A stretch of DNA of 64,000 nucleotides from an uncultured virus (IMG/VR IMGVR_UViG_3300031370_000004) (IMGVR_UViG_3300031370_000004:1-64000), one strand, 5' to 3'; shown: positions 21,101 through 29,717, numbered from the stretch's first letter. The notes: generated by a model from the letters alone, not told the origin. Numbers and translations: made by a program.

Positions 21101-21947
21101 TTTAAGCGAGTCAGAGTGGGAAAATGGGCGCTCCTATCTTCGCTTTGAGCCACCAGCGCAGTTTTCCAACCAGGATGCCTTCGAGCGCGCCCGCATTATT
21201 GCCGTCAATGAGCTGATCAGCCAGAGCAAGAATAATACGCTGGCGGCGTCCCGCGCGCAGGCACAGGAGGAACTGGAAGAGATAAGGGCAGCAGTCACTG
21301 CAGGGACGATCCAGCAGGCAGATAGCATGGCGCGTGTCTTGTCTGGAACATCCCAGGTAGCGAATGTATATGCCCTTAGCTTCAAGCGAGGTGCGATTGA
21401 TCTGCGTGAATGCTTCATTGACGCCGTCCTGGCCGGGTTGCTTCGCCAGGATGAAATAACTGCAGCGGATATGGAAAGGGTATTCGATACCAACCCATTG
21501 ATTAAGAAAATCAACGAGACGGTGAGCAGGCTCTCGGCTGAAGACCGTCAGCGCGTGGTGGACGAGTGGCAGCTGAAAGCTGGGACGGTGACCCAGGAGG
21601 AACTGGAGGCCCGCCGGGCAGAGCGTGAAGAGAAAGAGGCGAGCCGTAACGACATGGATAAACGCCTGTCCAATTTGGGGATCACCTCCAGGGTGAATGG
21701 TTCGGATATCAAGCTGACCTACAAACGCCGGAATATGGGCTCCTTTGGGCCGGGTAAAGCGCGAGGGTTCTTTGATCCTAAGGGTAAGGAAGGGCAGCTC
21801 TTTGCAGCAAAAGACAAGCTTAAAGAGAAATTCAACGCGAAGTTCCAGGGCGGCGGATCAGAAGGCAGTGACTTCCCCGGCAGCTGGTGGCTGATCTCCA
21901 CCGATTTTTCGCTGTCCGATATTCTGGACGTAATTGAAACGGCTTAA
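15108..21947 (+). CDS. darB: DarB: N6 DNA methyltransferase plus SNF2-like helicase, virion-injected antirestriction protein
   Basis: YYTP, VLEPSAGVG and NVPF (MTase). GFGTGLGKT, IADEGHNY, LLSATP and QRNGRGAR (SF2 helicase). Confidence 0.95.
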   Translation: MNFDLDNPLTLGVMACRNLPELVRYLKSLGEVKAPVRFGVEKIAGKSWDSLRKSANAAAIALLNELQPGAALSDEQRQTLAGYTGNGGIGGTESEYYTPQPIAEGIWEALKLYGADTGNVLEPSAGVGVFHEAKPRGVLMTAAEIDTISGTINQLLHPGDSIAISPFEQLASSSPDNFFDHCVANVPFGNNRGAFANLDPAYAGEKNIGRYFVLRLLDKIKPGGYAGIIVPYGMTSGSDMKRLREEVSRKAEFLGAHRLPTGTFDASGTSTVVDIWMLRKHPEELADFIAQADEQLLQTANVMWPTYITGKWFEHEGKRFVHGEQEKAFRGITVKNGQVNNAAMKERLIHKFESRIDWSLLQVEPPAIMRAAEDESRFINRQWYRFRGGMWVLDDTQREKSLDPATYGAPTHEALSRLLSTEEGILSLSWAQIQAASTDYPQYFSQQTAGVLSWVKTQKPKHQERLFRGAMVGIRIQTYRGVLTTGHVSDEQLESLRQDLVSLVNGEMSKFGNPNQGMISKVSGNGAGPWFAFKSSIRHDGSHSDLLSGTINTEKGSSFNSTDYADTVRHLFSEVDLVPVSVEEFRKTFTGELPADDNDLLDILATQDGIAITPDGNIVPFDRATSGDIGLNNAALRGAISVMPEGPQRQNMLRQLQGIQDKRKWTDVDDIAFKLNSRWFDRTLILQFLQENGYTEFLYADRIETDENARLISDTNYHGRDGVFTGYRYGTIQGRDKETGLPVYKWGKRSAKDGDGFPAQLEKYLNGQKPAGVNGAAYMARIQGLEEQFNAWIRQHDEIDNLVADYNDAFNAFIPYEQSDAPLNLKGVSGNIESFGYQNKEVRRLSEDGRGILGFGTGLGKTLTALALEAYNFECGRSKRTAIVVPKSVLENWYHEAKNFYSPEAFASILFIGLDPVRGGDGAIAQVEMRNEAGAVITDPKTGAPKMRDALVEVDEATIKARMHAIPQSNYRSVVMTKEQYARIPLKEETVRDHAHDVLHQLVDAGRLTAVPENHREANKRNNVLAKNSDTGTTKEYDYPYFEDMGFDNVIADEGHNYRNSYSAGREAAQLAYLPLPSVAKSARDMAVKNAYLMAQNNGRGCVLLSATPVVNSPIDAFNMLSHVVSMQEWSRMGIHTPDDFVKVFGKTDRVLFQKISGEIEERDGLVGFQNLDGLRGIFHRWTTLKTSQDVAQDVKIPELDENIQPAPMTDEQAELYETLRVRAEKLSLGITDKYTVDEDGELVKPDSIFAIIRDMDRVCTDVDLYKRQITFRFPADSMAAVQQLCDDLPKSAGSDDDEDGYASSGRGVVTAKGDFCELVVPEVYEQAVLSRIAKFGIDETTISHPVPPKYSVLVENLREGLKRGKQIIFTDEKSQHSKLKRILCSALGMAAEQIGILNATTVADAGKKSKKVKAVKPPKELPEEPTEEQLATYYEQKQAYEAYISAQNEVSLGGLEQIAADYQEGRTQIIICNKKAEVGINLHKGTSDVHHLTLPWTPASIDQRNGRGARVGSTHDSVRVHYYCGKGSFDEFRLKTLRRKKDWIREILTSDKATADNADADSVLEMQLLLASNPEERERRIREQQEAIKAAALQAAKSRANINLVNYMKAQHAAASSSDREETILHDLNIELTKLNAEVEEARREMEEIQAKLAKEVAGENLSYKVRAFGERIRAANTYLTDKLKAQGAARRSVNLQQRRLNRISDAEKKIKQLRPVISDAIKNGLLDVDTDVIDHGASMLIVNGRTFKIGQFYPVSSGYRDRVYDDAVERAAYSRIISIDFDFQTATLVAVSDPNSITPHKRVINVLSLPQPVDLSPDEVSILTKISGGISITRVPELLTKADFYRYLGQGVLRLTDDKGLIWNGSQYQLETLSEQGYVSPSRARIIRSDAWYKANGAKIVYPDRDDDSLKNAIASWFRGAVAGDRSNSRSFMIALFGPQYTTAIESYGENASADQIALYVADWIKRVGDEIASRGGSATGESSKYVAFYRETGKYLSESEWENGRSYLRFEPPAQFSNQDAFERARIIAVNELISQSKNNTLAASRAQAQEELEEIRAAVTAGTIQQADSMARVLSGTSQVANVYALSFKRGAIDLRECFIDAVLAGLLRQDEITAADMERVFDTNPLIKKINETVSRLSAEDRQRVVDEWQLKAGTVTQEELEARRAEREEKEASRNDMDKRLSNLGITSRVNGSDIKLTYKRRNMGSFGPGKARGFFDPKGKEGQLFAAKDKLKEKFNAKFQGGGSEGSDFPGSWWLISTDFSLSDILDVIETA

Positions 21948-21985
21948 TGACTCAGGAGTGTGCCGGGTGACCGGCACAACATCGC

Positions 21986-22453
21986 ATGGCGACATTGTTA
22001 GACACCCTCAGGCCAAACGTGGCCTATCTGCAGCAGACACTAATTCGCTCTCTGAATGGGCGAAGTGAGCAAAAATTTGTGGCAGATTATATAATTGCGC
22101 TAAAACAGCGCCTTCGCATCGAGCCTCGATTGTACCGGGCTTACGGCCCGTACTGGCCTGCGGTAAAAAGCATCCTGATCGGTCACGGGGCAAAATTGCC
22201 TAATAGGTCTGTAGATGTGGATGTTAAAGCCGATTACAGCTATCCCAGAGAGGCATTAACCCTGGTGGCAGCGGCGCTCTACGAAGAGGCAAGGCTCGAG
22301 CGAGGGCTCTATTATTCATCTCGCCATTTTCTGCCGTTGATAGCGACAGCTGATGATGACGAGGATTATTTGTATGTGTCTTTAGATGAGGGACAGGAAT
22401 TTGCGCACGCGGAAAAAAGCAGCAAGCCAGGGGGTGACCCGGGCATATCTTGA
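21986..22453 (+). CDS. ulx: Ulx-like protein
   Basis: YRAYGPYWPAVKSIL motif. Follows darB as in P1. Confidence 0.7.
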   Translation: MATLLDTLRPNVAYLQQTLIRSLNGRSEQKFVADYIIALKQRLRIEPRLYRAYGPYWPAVKSILIGHGAKLPNRSVDVDVKADYSYPREALTLVAAALYEEARLERGLYYSSRHFLPLIATADDDEDYLYVSLDEGQEFAHAEKSSKPGGDPGIS

Positions 22454-22664
22454 TGAGTTCGCCCAGCGTTATGGGGTAGTCCTCAACCAGAACGAAGTAA
22501 GCCGGGTATTTTCGCTTAACAAGGTCGGTGATGATAACGCGATGGTGTTTGTTCTTGATCCGCACACCACAAAACCTGTTCGCCATCTACGGGAATACAA
22601 CCGGACAGAGTGGGAAGCAGCGATATTGCACAACGTAATTCGCTTAAACGAGAAAGACAAATGA
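22386..22664 (+). CDS. lxc: Lxc (Bof)-like corepressor
   Basis: TRAYLDEFAQRYGV...EWEAAILHNVIRLN resembles recalled P1 Lxc. Synteny after ulx. Confidence 0.7.
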   Translation: MRDRNLRTRKKAASQGVTRAYLDEFAQRYGVVLNQNEVSRVFSLNKVGDDNAMVFVLDPHTTKPVRHLREYNRTEWEAAILHNVIRLNEKDK

Positions 22665-23167
22665 TGCGAAAACTATTAGGGATCACATTACTGCTGGCGG
22701 TCGCGCAGACCGCCAGCGCTTCGCTTACAGAGGCGTGCGACCGCACAGTGAAGGCGCAGGGAAATCTGGCCGCGGCAGTAAAATTTCAGGACAAGAATTT
22801 TTTAATTAAAGCGGCAGCAGCAGGTGATGCGCTGGGGTACGACGATGCCTGGTACAACCAGGAACTGACACGCATGCGGCTTAATGCTCAGGACCGGGAC
22901 AGCATGCAGTACATTGGTCTGGAAAAATCACCTGAATATAAACCGATGTACGATCGCTATATGAAAACCTGCATGACAGTGCCCTCCCAATACCTTACAC
23001 GCTTCAATAACCTTGTGGCCAAAGGATGGATTTCACAGGGAGAGGTAGAGCAGGCTGAAAAAGCCGGCCTTTCGAATGTGGAAGGTATGCGCCCTCAGCA
23101 GGGGGGCGGATTGAAAGCCAGGGCAGAGAGCGGTCGCGCGCTTCTGGAGCAGCACAAAGCGCAATAA
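22661..23167 (+). CDS. Secreted/periplasmic hypothetical protein
   Basis: Sec signal MMRKLLGITLLLAVAQTASA, with two Cys in the mature part. Confidence 0.7.
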   Translation: MMRKLLGITLLLAVAQTASASLTEACDRTVKAQGNLAAAVKFQDKNFLIKAAAAGDALGYDDAWYNQELTRMRLNAQDRDSMQYIGLEKSPEYKPMYDRYMKTCMTVPSQYLTRFNNLVAKGWISQGEVEQAEKAGLSNVEGMRPQQGGGLKARAESGRALLEQHKAQ

Positions 23168-23316
23168 CGCACGATTAAAAATCACTGAATTCCTTCAAAA
23201 TCTCCCCTTACTCGCAATAAACACTAAATATTTTCTTGACCAGGGTTACGCCTGCAGCTAGATTGCATATTGTGCAAGATGCAATTGCACCTATATCAAT
23301 CTAAGAGGCAAACAAT

Positions 23317-23472
23317 ATGGTCGATTTCGTAAATCACGCGGGCAAGCCGCGCCGCTCACGCTATTCCAGATTCACTGAAAGCCTGTCTAAAGCTGGTGCC
23401 GGTTTCTGCATTATTTTCACTGTCATGTATGTGCTGATGTTCATCTATGAGCATGCTCATTTTCATCTGTGA
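23317..23472 (+). CDS. 51-aa single-pass membrane peptide (below the ORF-track cutoff)
   Basis: MVDFVNHAGKPRRSRYSRFTESLSKAGAGFCIIFTVMYVLMFIYEHAHFHL. GAGG RBS, with a TTGACC...TAGATT promoter-like pair and an operator upstream. Confidence 0.55.
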   Translation: MVDFVNHAGKPRRSRYSRFTESLSKAGAGFCIIFTVMYVLMFIYEHAHFHL

Positions 23473-23520
23473 CATCGCTACAGCACCCTGAAAAGGGTGC
23501 TTTTTTTATGGAACCAACCT

Positions 23521-23793
23521 ATGACATTTCCCGGAAAACGTTTCTCTAACGCATTGAAGGCCAGTGGTAAAACGCAGGATGACGCTGCGTATGAAATGGG
23601 GATCAGCCCCAGCAAGCTAAGCCGTTACCTGACGCAAAAACTACCGTTATCAGTTGATCTGGCAAAAAGATTTAGTGTTTATTTTGGTGTGGATTTCATA
23701 ACAATTATTTCAGAGCAGGCCGAATATGAGCTTCAAAGCCTGCCTGCTGAGAGTTTTACCCTTATAAAGCCGTTGAGTGATAAAAATGAGTGA
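23521..23793 (+). CDS. XRE/HigA-like HTH regulator
   Basis: TQDDAAYEMGISPSKLSRYL...LSVDLAKRFSVYFGV. Confidence 0.8.
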   Translation: MTFPGKRFSNALKASGKTQDDAAYEMGISPSKLSRYLTQKLPLSVDLAKRFSVYFGVDFITIISEQAEYELQSLPAESFTLIKPLSDKNE

Positions 23794-24016
23794 TACCCTG
23801 GATTTGGTAACCGAACATACTGATCTGCTCCTGAGTGCAGGCGTTCAGACAGTGAAAAACAACCTGGCTGTCAGAAAATTCCCGCCATGCGGCACCTGCT
23901 ATTACTGCCAGGAAAAGGTAAAGGACGGGCAGGTTTTTTGTGATGACGATTGCGCATCAGATCACCACGCACAGCTTCAGGCAGCGGTTCGTAAGCATGG
24001 CCATCACCGATGCTGA
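23786..24016 (+). CDS. Small zinc-finger protein (TraR/DUF2116-like)
   Basis: CYYC...FCDDDC motif. Confidence 0.7.
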   Translation: MSDTLDLVTEHTDLLLSAGVQTVKNNLAVRKFPPCGTCYYCQEKVKDGQVFCDDDCASDHHAQLQAAVRKHGHHRC

Positions 24017-24549
24017 GATTCCAGTCTGAAGAGGAATTCCAGGCCTTTCAGAAGCAGCGGAGCGCTGGCGCGAAGCTGAAAGTGCCGAAGGTATTCCAGG
24101 AAAGCAAAAAGAACCTGTCACCGCATGCGGTGGCGATGGCCTATCTGGCATCCCACCCGGATGATTTTGAAGGGAAGCAGGAGCATTACGAACAGTGCCG
24201 TGTATTCTACGAAATAGAGCGTCAGCGCCCCGATATTTATGAAGCGCTCTATGCAGTGCCTAATGGCGGTTTGCGCGGTAAGGCCACAGCCGGGAGGCAG
24301 AAGGCTGAAGGGCTAAAAAAAGGCGAATTGGACATCAATCTGGATATGGCCCGGGGCGTATACCATGGACTCAGGCTTGAGCTGAAGTGGGGTGGAAACA
24401 AGCCGACTAAGGAACAGTTGGCCGCGATTGCCAGGCACCGGCGAAACGGGTATTTTGCTGCGCCTGTCTGGGGTGCTGATGACGCCATAAAGCTGATTTT
24501 AGCCTACTGTGATCTATCCGCCGGTGATACCCTGGAGATTGAAAGTTAA
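24010..24549 (+). CDS. VRR-NUC domain nuclease
   Basis: YAVPNGGLR...EGLKKGELD...LELK...PTKEQ. Confidence 0.85.
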   Translation: MLRFQSEEEFQAFQKQRSAGAKLKVPKVFQESKKNLSPHAVAMAYLASHPDDFEGKQEHYEQCRVFYEIERQRPDIYEALYAVPNGGLRGKATAGRQKAEGLKKGELDINLDMARGVYHGLRLELKWGGNKPTKEQLAAIARHRRNGYFAAPVWGADDAIKLILAYCDLSAGDTLEIES

Positions 24550-24725
24550 ATCACGAATGTTTGTGCATGCTTCAAATGTTTAGTGTTATTTGCGTTTCAC
24601 GTTCATTATTATCCCGTACATCTTAAACACGGTGCTTCGCTGGCACCGTCACTTCAGCGGGGCTGTATGTTGAACGTCATTCAGATTACTCACGCACCAA
24701 AGCCATCAAGAGACAGCTTCGGTCT

Positions 24726-25310
24726 GTGATAACAGAAAAAACCTTCATCTGCGCCGCCAGCGGGCCCTCTTTGCTCCGCAGTGACTGTGAGCTGGTTGCT
24801 GCGTCAGGGTTGCCGGTGATTGCCGTAAACAACACCTGGCAGCAATTTTCTAACCTGTATGCCTTGTGCGCCGGTGATCTGGCCTGGTGGGTGCAGCATT
24901 ACGATGCTGTACCCGCTAAGGATTTCCGGCGAATCACCGCCAGTAAATCAGCGAAATCACGTTTTCCCGATCTGGAGTACCGTCGGTACTGCGCCAGCCG
25001 GGAATCTTTCAACAGTGGTGCAATGGCCATCGAGTTTGCGGCGGAACAGGGGGCTGAAACTATTCTCCTGATCGGCTATGACTGCAGCCTCAAATATGGT
25101 CAGCACTGGCATGGAACGCACTCCCAAACGTTGAGAAATCCTTCCCAACACTCGATCGACAAGTGGCAATCAGAGTTCCTGCGCACGCGGGAAAAATGGC
25201 CGCATGTGGATATCATAAACTGCAGCCGATACACGGAGCTGAAATGTTACCAATTAAAAAATCTGGAAAAGGCACTCGAGTCATCATTGTTGGCTCGGGC
25301 CCAAGCGTAA
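24726..25310 (+). CDS. Maf/MptE-like (sialyltransferase-like Rossmann fold) protein
   Basis: ICAASGPSL, VIAVNN, NSG and ILLIGYDC motifs. Confidence 0.65.
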   Translation: MITEKTFICAASGPSLLRSDCELVAASGLPVIAVNNTWQQFSNLYALCAGDLAWWVQHYDAVPAKDFRRITASKSAKSRFPDLEYRRYCASRESFNSGAMAIEFAAEQGAETILLIGYDCSLKYGQHWHGTHSQTLRNPSQHSIDKWQSEFLRTREKWPHVDIINCSRYTELKCYQLKNLEKALESSLLARAQA

Positions 25311-25873
25311 AAAATTTCAAGGTTCCCCGCGGAGTTCCAACGATTGCCATTAATGGGGCGGTGGACTGGATAGAACGCGCGAGCTTCTTCTTTACCCTCG
25401 ATCCTTCTGATGAGAATAAGCGCCGCATGGCCAATCGCCGCCGTGGAACTCAGTATGTTTGCGCCTTACCGGATGGCGCACCGGATATCCCGGGTGTGCA
25501 CCGTTTAACGCGCGTAGGCGATCAGACCACACGCGGACCTGAACCTGAGAATCACGGCAGCCCGGAGTGGTGGTTATGGCGCTGGTCGGCAATGCCGGGG
25601 CTGTCGGAAGAGCCAGGCAAGATCCATAGTGGCAATTCGGCATACGGCGCGCTGGGGCTGGCTTACAGCCTCGGATACACCGACGTGGCGCTGGTGGGCG
25701 TGGATGGCACACAGGAAGCCCGTTATCCGGGGGGCGGGGAGCCAAAGAACCTGTCACACATCGGGCTGCTTTTCGCGTCGGCCCTGCCGCAGATCCGCGT
25801 TGTTTCGTGTGGGCAGTTGTCGAGCATCCCTCAGATGTCCCTTAAAGACTGGCTGGCCAGCACTCAGGAGTAA
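25244..25873 (+). CDS. Second Maf/MptE-like putative glycosyltransferase
   Basis: IIVGSGPS, IAINGA, GNSAYGALGLAY and LVGVDG motifs. Confidence 0.65.
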   Translation: MLPIKKSGKGTRVIIVGSGPSVKNFKVPRGVPTIAINGAVDWIERASFFFTLDPSDENKRRMANRRRGTQYVCALPDGAPDIPGVHRLTRVGDQTTRGPEPENHGSPEWWLWRWSAMPGLSEEPGKIHSGNSAYGALGLAYSLGYTDVALVGVDGTQEARYPGGGEPKNLSHIGLLFASALPQIRVVSCGQLSSIPQMSLKDWLASTQE

Positions 25874-25877
25874 GTGG

Positions 25878-26594
25878 ATGAAAATAGCAACGGTGCTGCG
25901 CTCGGGAGGGGATTACAACATCAGTCATGTAAAGTGGTTGAAGAACCAGCTGCCTGATGACGCAGACGTGATTTGTTTCAGTGATTTCAAATTTACCATT
26001 CCCGGCGTGCAGGTCGTGCCGTTGTTACATGACTGGTCCAGATGCAAAGGCTGGTGGGCGAAAATCGAGCTTTTCCGCCCAGACATCAAAGAAGATTTTC
26101 TTTACCTCGACCTGGATACCGTGATCGTTGGGGACGTATCTGAAATTCTGACTTTTACCTGCGAGCAAATGGTAATGCTGTCGGACTTTTACCGTCCTGC
26201 CAATCTGATGTCGTCGATTATGTGGATACCGCACCAGGTGAAAGAAGAGATCTGGAAAACCTTCTTCTCCGATCCGAAGCACTACATCAATCACTGTAAA
26301 CAGGCTGACTGCTGGGGAGATCAGGGTTTTATACAGCTGGTCATTGGCGATTCGTTGCGCTGGCAGGATCTTTTCCCGGGCTGGTTCGTGAGTTACAAGG
26401 CGCAGGTCGTCAGCCGGGACCAAAGCAAGTGGGCTCACCGGCGTTTCTCAGCTGGTAACGGCTCACTCCCGGATGACGCCCGTATAGTGGTTTTCCATGG
26501 TCAACCGCGACCGTTCCATGTGATCGAGCCATGGATGCCACCAGCGCCGTTTTGCGACACAAAAGGCTTGCCAAATGCAGGTGTTGCTTTATGA
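25878..26594 (+). CDS. GT-A fold (GT8-like) glycosyltransferase
   Basis: WWAKIELF, YLDLD (DxD), GDQGFI and VVFHGQPRP motifs. Confidence 0.8.
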   Translation: MKIATVLRSGGDYNISHVKWLKNQLPDDADVICFSDFKFTIPGVQVVPLLHDWSRCKGWWAKIELFRPDIKEDFLYLDLDTVIVGDVSEILTFTCEQMVMLSDFYRPANLMSSIMWIPHQVKEEIWKTFFSDPKHYINHCKQADCWGDQGFIQLVIGDSLRWQDLFPGWFVSYKAQVVSRDQSKWAHRRFSAGNGSLPDDARIVVFHGQPRPFHVIEPWMPPAPFCDTKGLPNAGVAL

Positions 26595-26630
26595 TTTCCG
26601 TAAAAGTTTAGTGTTTATTGTGGCGGGTAC

Positions 26631-26858
26631 ATGCAACTCCTAAGAAAACTTTTCGCAGCGCGTTTGTACTACTGGCATTTCAGCGTGTCATTCAATGGCC
26701 GCATGGAGGAGCTGGTGGTGGGCTATCCAGACCGATTGATGACGTCAGCGCGGATGGTTTTCTTGCTGCGGCAGCGGGGCCTGCCTGATGACGCTGTAAT
26801 CATCTCATTCTCGTATATGGGAAAGATGACAGAAAACCAAGTAACAAGCCTTGTTTAA
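26631..26858 (+). CDS. Hypothetical protein (P1 pmg-region-like)
   Basis: 75-aa ORF directly after an operator site. Confidence 0.55.
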   Translation: MQLLRKLFAARLYYWHFSVSFNGRMEELVVGYPDRLMTSARMVFLLRQRGLPDDAVIISFSYMGKMTENQVTSLV

Positions 26859-26873
26859 CATAGAGAAAATACC

Positions 26874-28133
26874 ATGAGTCAAATCGAAAATATGCCACAA
26901 AACGACGTGAATCTCGGCACGATCGCCTTAGAAGGGATTCAGGGCCTGCAGGCACAACTACGCTCGGCCTTGCGCAGGGTAGCTGGGGATGATCTCTCCA
27001 TGCGATTTATCAACAACGCCATCGATAGCGCAGAAACTCTGCTTGCCGACCTGATTATTGAATACAACAGGGATAGCGAAGAATTCAACCAGTTGTCCGC
27101 TCAACTGGATGACAAAGACACTGCGGTCAGACTGGCGCATCGGCAAATCGAAGAACTGCAGCGCTCTATGGCCGGGGCATCTGACGAGGTGCGCGAACAG
27201 TTCGAGAAACAGCTTTTTGATGCCGGTGAAAAGGTCAGAGTGCTGGAGCGTGAAAAGCTCGATTTAGCCGGGCGTGTGGCCGATATGGAGATCGCCCTTA
27301 AAACGACGCGTACTTCAGAGCAAACGATCCGTCGTGAGCTCAAAAGGCTGCAGGACATGGAGCCAGAGAAGAAAATTGAGCAGCTGGCTAATTATAAAAA
27401 AGAAACCCATGAGCTGCGCGCAAAAGTGCGTGATCTGGGCTCCGAGTTGACGCGCGAGCAGCGGGAACGGGTTCGTCTCTCCACTGAGGGACAGACAATG
27501 GCCCAGGCGTTAGGGGAATTGCGCAACCATAATCTGCTGCTGGCTAACGACGTCAAAAAAATCAATGGAGCAAGCCAGTACGACTGGAACTTTGATAATC
27601 ACGCGGGTGAACCTCGTCGCTTCTGGTTGCACCGCTATGCCTACGGGATCTCAAACAAGCCGGGAATGAACAATGGCATCCCGAAGATGCTGTACGGCGT
27701 AAATTTTAGTTATGTGATTTTCTCCTGCCGCGGTTATGGGATAAACGTACTGCCAAACGAGTGGATGGCGCCGTCCTATAACCCGTTTGAGGAGTTTGAA
27801 GTGGATAAACCTTCTGATATCGAGCAGGTGATGACCAGCATCTTTGAATCAGAGCTGGAGAACGTTTACCCACAGATGATTAAACGAGCCATCTGGGCGC
27901 GCACCGTCAGTCTGGCCGATGTGCCGGATATGCCGAAAAAAGCCCTGAAACTATTTGAAGGCACCCATTACAAGACGCTTTACGACGTTGTTTCACAATC
28001 GCCATTGAGATTGCTGCTCATTAAGGGGATCGGGAAAGAACTGGCCGGAACGATCGGTAAAGTGTGCCTCTACGAAGTAAGCCGGTGGATGGATATTAAC
28101 GGTGATATCGAGGATATCAGCGTCAAAATGTGA
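26874..28133 (+). CDS. Coiled-coil protein with C-terminal HhH motif (PmgS-like by synteny)
   Basis: Long heptad region and LLIKGIGKE HhH-like tail. Confidence 0.65.
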   Translation: MSQIENMPQNDVNLGTIALEGIQGLQAQLRSALRRVAGDDLSMRFINNAIDSAETLLADLIIEYNRDSEEFNQLSAQLDDKDTAVRLAHRQIEELQRSMAGASDEVREQFEKQLFDAGEKVRVLEREKLDLAGRVADMEIALKTTRTSEQTIRRELKRLQDMEPEKKIEQLANYKKETHELRAKVRDLGSELTREQRERVRLSTEGQTMAQALGELRNHNLLLANDVKKINGASQYDWNFDNHAGEPRRFWLHRYAYGISNKPGMNNGIPKMLYGVNFSYVIFSCRGYGINVLPNEWMAPSYNPFEEFEVDKPSDIEQVMTSIFESELENVYPQMIKRAIWARTVSLADVPDMPKKALKLFEGTHYKTLYDVVSQSPLRLLLIKGIGKELAGTIGKVCLYEVSRWMDINGDIEDISVKM

Positions 28134-28137
28134 ACAC

Positions 28138-28162
28138 AGCCCGGGTTCCCGGGCTTTTTTTA
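28138..28162 (+). terminator. Rho-independent terminator
   Basis: AGCCCGGG-TT-CCCGGGCT followed by a T run. Confidence 0.7.
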
Positions 28163-28180
28163 TACTCATTCGAGGTAAGT

Positions 28181-28465
28181 ATGAAGAAATCCCCAAATGG
28201 TCTGACGACGTCGGAAATGCTCTTGTGGCTCGAAAAGGAGGCGCAGGATGTAAAGCTAAGCTCAAATGGCCACGATGACGACGTGCATCTTGTCGTGTAT
28301 ACCAAATCGTACGGTCGCCGGGTTTATACCGGATCGCGAGATGTGGCGATTAAGAGCGCCTATGATTTTATTTCGGCAGACCTCAAAAGCTACCATGAGC
28401 GCGTACGTCAGTATTTTTCTGACCCACTCATTGAGGATCAGCAGCAAGAGACGCAGTCCTCATGA
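28181..28465 (+). CDS. Hypothetical protein
   Basis: GAGG RBS, overlaps the start of the kdsB-like gene. Confidence 0.55.
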   Translation: MKKSPNGLTTSEMLLWLEKEAQDVKLSSNGHDDDVHLVVYTKSYGRRVYTGSRDVAIKSAYDFISADLKSYHERVRQYFSDPLIEDQQQETQSS

Positions 28466-29250
28466 CCTCAGAGCCGTTTATCGTCATGATACCGGCGCGT
28501 TACGGCGCTGGTAGATGCCCAGGAAAAGCACTGGCTGAAATCCAGGGCAGGACGATGATCAGCGGTGTCATAGCCAGCGCGCTCCGTTCGCTGGCTGCCC
28601 GGGTGATCGTCGTAACGGACCATAACGATATCGGTTCAGCAGCAAAAAACACCGGAGCTGAAGTCCTCACCTTCACTGGCAATTATAAGAGCGGCACGGA
28701 CCGGCTGGCCGCCGCCTGCAATATGCTCGGGATTGATGATACTCAGCTGGTGGTCAGTCTTCCCTGTGACATGCCAATGGTTGACCCGGTATTACTTAAT
28801 TTACTGGCACAGGATTACATTCAGAGCGGTTGCGTTGTCGGCACGCTGGGCGAGCTGGTGGAGCGAGACAATTTACATACCCTGTCAGATCCCACGCAGG
28901 TGAAAGTGGTAACGGATGTCTGCGATCGCGCTATTTATTTTTCCCGCGCATCCATCCCCTTTGATCGGAACCAGGCCAGCATCAAAAATCCGCTGTTGAA
29001 TGAGCTGTATCTTCGCCATATAGGGATCTACGCCTACCGAACGCACGCTATAAAGCACCTTTCTGCGTTCGGTGTCAGTCCACTGGAGGAGATGGAGGAT
29101 ATCGAAGCGTTGCGACCTCTTACCCAGGGGCTAAGCGTTTCCGTTTTAACCGTGCGCAATACAGGCTGCTTTAGCCTCGGAACCGCAGGCGCCATCGAGC
29201 GTCATAATCAATTGGCATCAGGAGCGAGTAAATGGCCAGCAGAGGCGTAA
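28462..29250 (+). CDS. kdsB: KdsB-like (CMP-Kdo synthetase) protein with degenerate catalytic motifs
   Basis: [38 protein letters not shown] and SPLE motifs. Confidence 0.85.
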   Translation: MTSEPFIVMIPARYGAGRCPGKALAEIQGRTMISGVIASALRSLAARVIVVTDHNDIGSAAKNTGAEVLTFTGNYKSGTDRLAAACNMLGIDDTQLVVSLPCDMPMVDPVLLNLLAQDYIQSGCVVGTLGELVERDNLHTLSDPTQVKVVTDVCDRAIYFSRASIPFDRNQASIKNPLLNELYLRHIGIYAYRTHAIKHLSAFGVSPLEEMEDIEALRPLTQGLSVSVLTVRNTGCFSLGTAGAIERHNQLASGASKWPAEA

Positions 29251-29717
29251 ACAAGGTAATTCTCGTCGGGAACCTGGGTAAGGATCCCGAAATACGTTAC
29301 AAGCCGGGCGGCGGTGGGGCTATTGCCACGCTGACACTGGCGACGTCCGAATCCTGGCGCGATAAAGCGACCGGTGAGATGAAGGAGCAGACCGAATGGC
29401 ACCGCGTTGTGCTGTTTGGCAAACTGGCCGAAGTGGCCGGTGAATATCTGCGTAAAGGCTCCCAGGTCTATATCGAAGGCCAGCTGCGTACTCGTAAATG
29501 GACCGATCAGTCCGGCGCAGAAAAATACACCACTGAAGTGGTGGTGAACGTCGGCGGCACCATGCAGATGCTGGGTGGCCGTCAGGGCGGTGGCGCATCA
29601 GCAGGTAACGATCAGCACCAGGGCGGCTGGGGCCAGGCAAACCAACCTCAGCAGCAGTCCACCCCGGCGCAGTCTAATGAGCCGCCAATGGACTTTGACG
29701 ACGACATACCCTTTTAG
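29232..29717 (+). CDS. ssb: Single-stranded DNA-binding protein
   Basis: [16 protein letters not shown]...DFDDDIPF. Confidence 0.98.
   Translation: MASRGVNKVILVGNLGKDPEIRYKPGGGGAIATLTLATSESWRDKATGEMKEQTEWHRVVLFGKLAEVAGEYLRKGSQVYIEGQLRTRKWTDQSGAEKYTTEVVVNVGGTMQMLGGRQGGGASAGNDQHQGGWGQANQPQQQSTPAQSNEPPMDFDDDIPF

Noticed and set aside
15321..21901. Many antisense or alternate-frame ORFs inside darB (e.g. 19569-20546), also 40930-41937 and 58328-59059
   Set aside because: Shadow ORFs of long genes, with no motifs or RBS.
23521..23793. HigBA toxin-antitoxin pair
   Set aside because: The HTH is HigA-like, but no RelE/HigB-type toxin ORF is adjacent.
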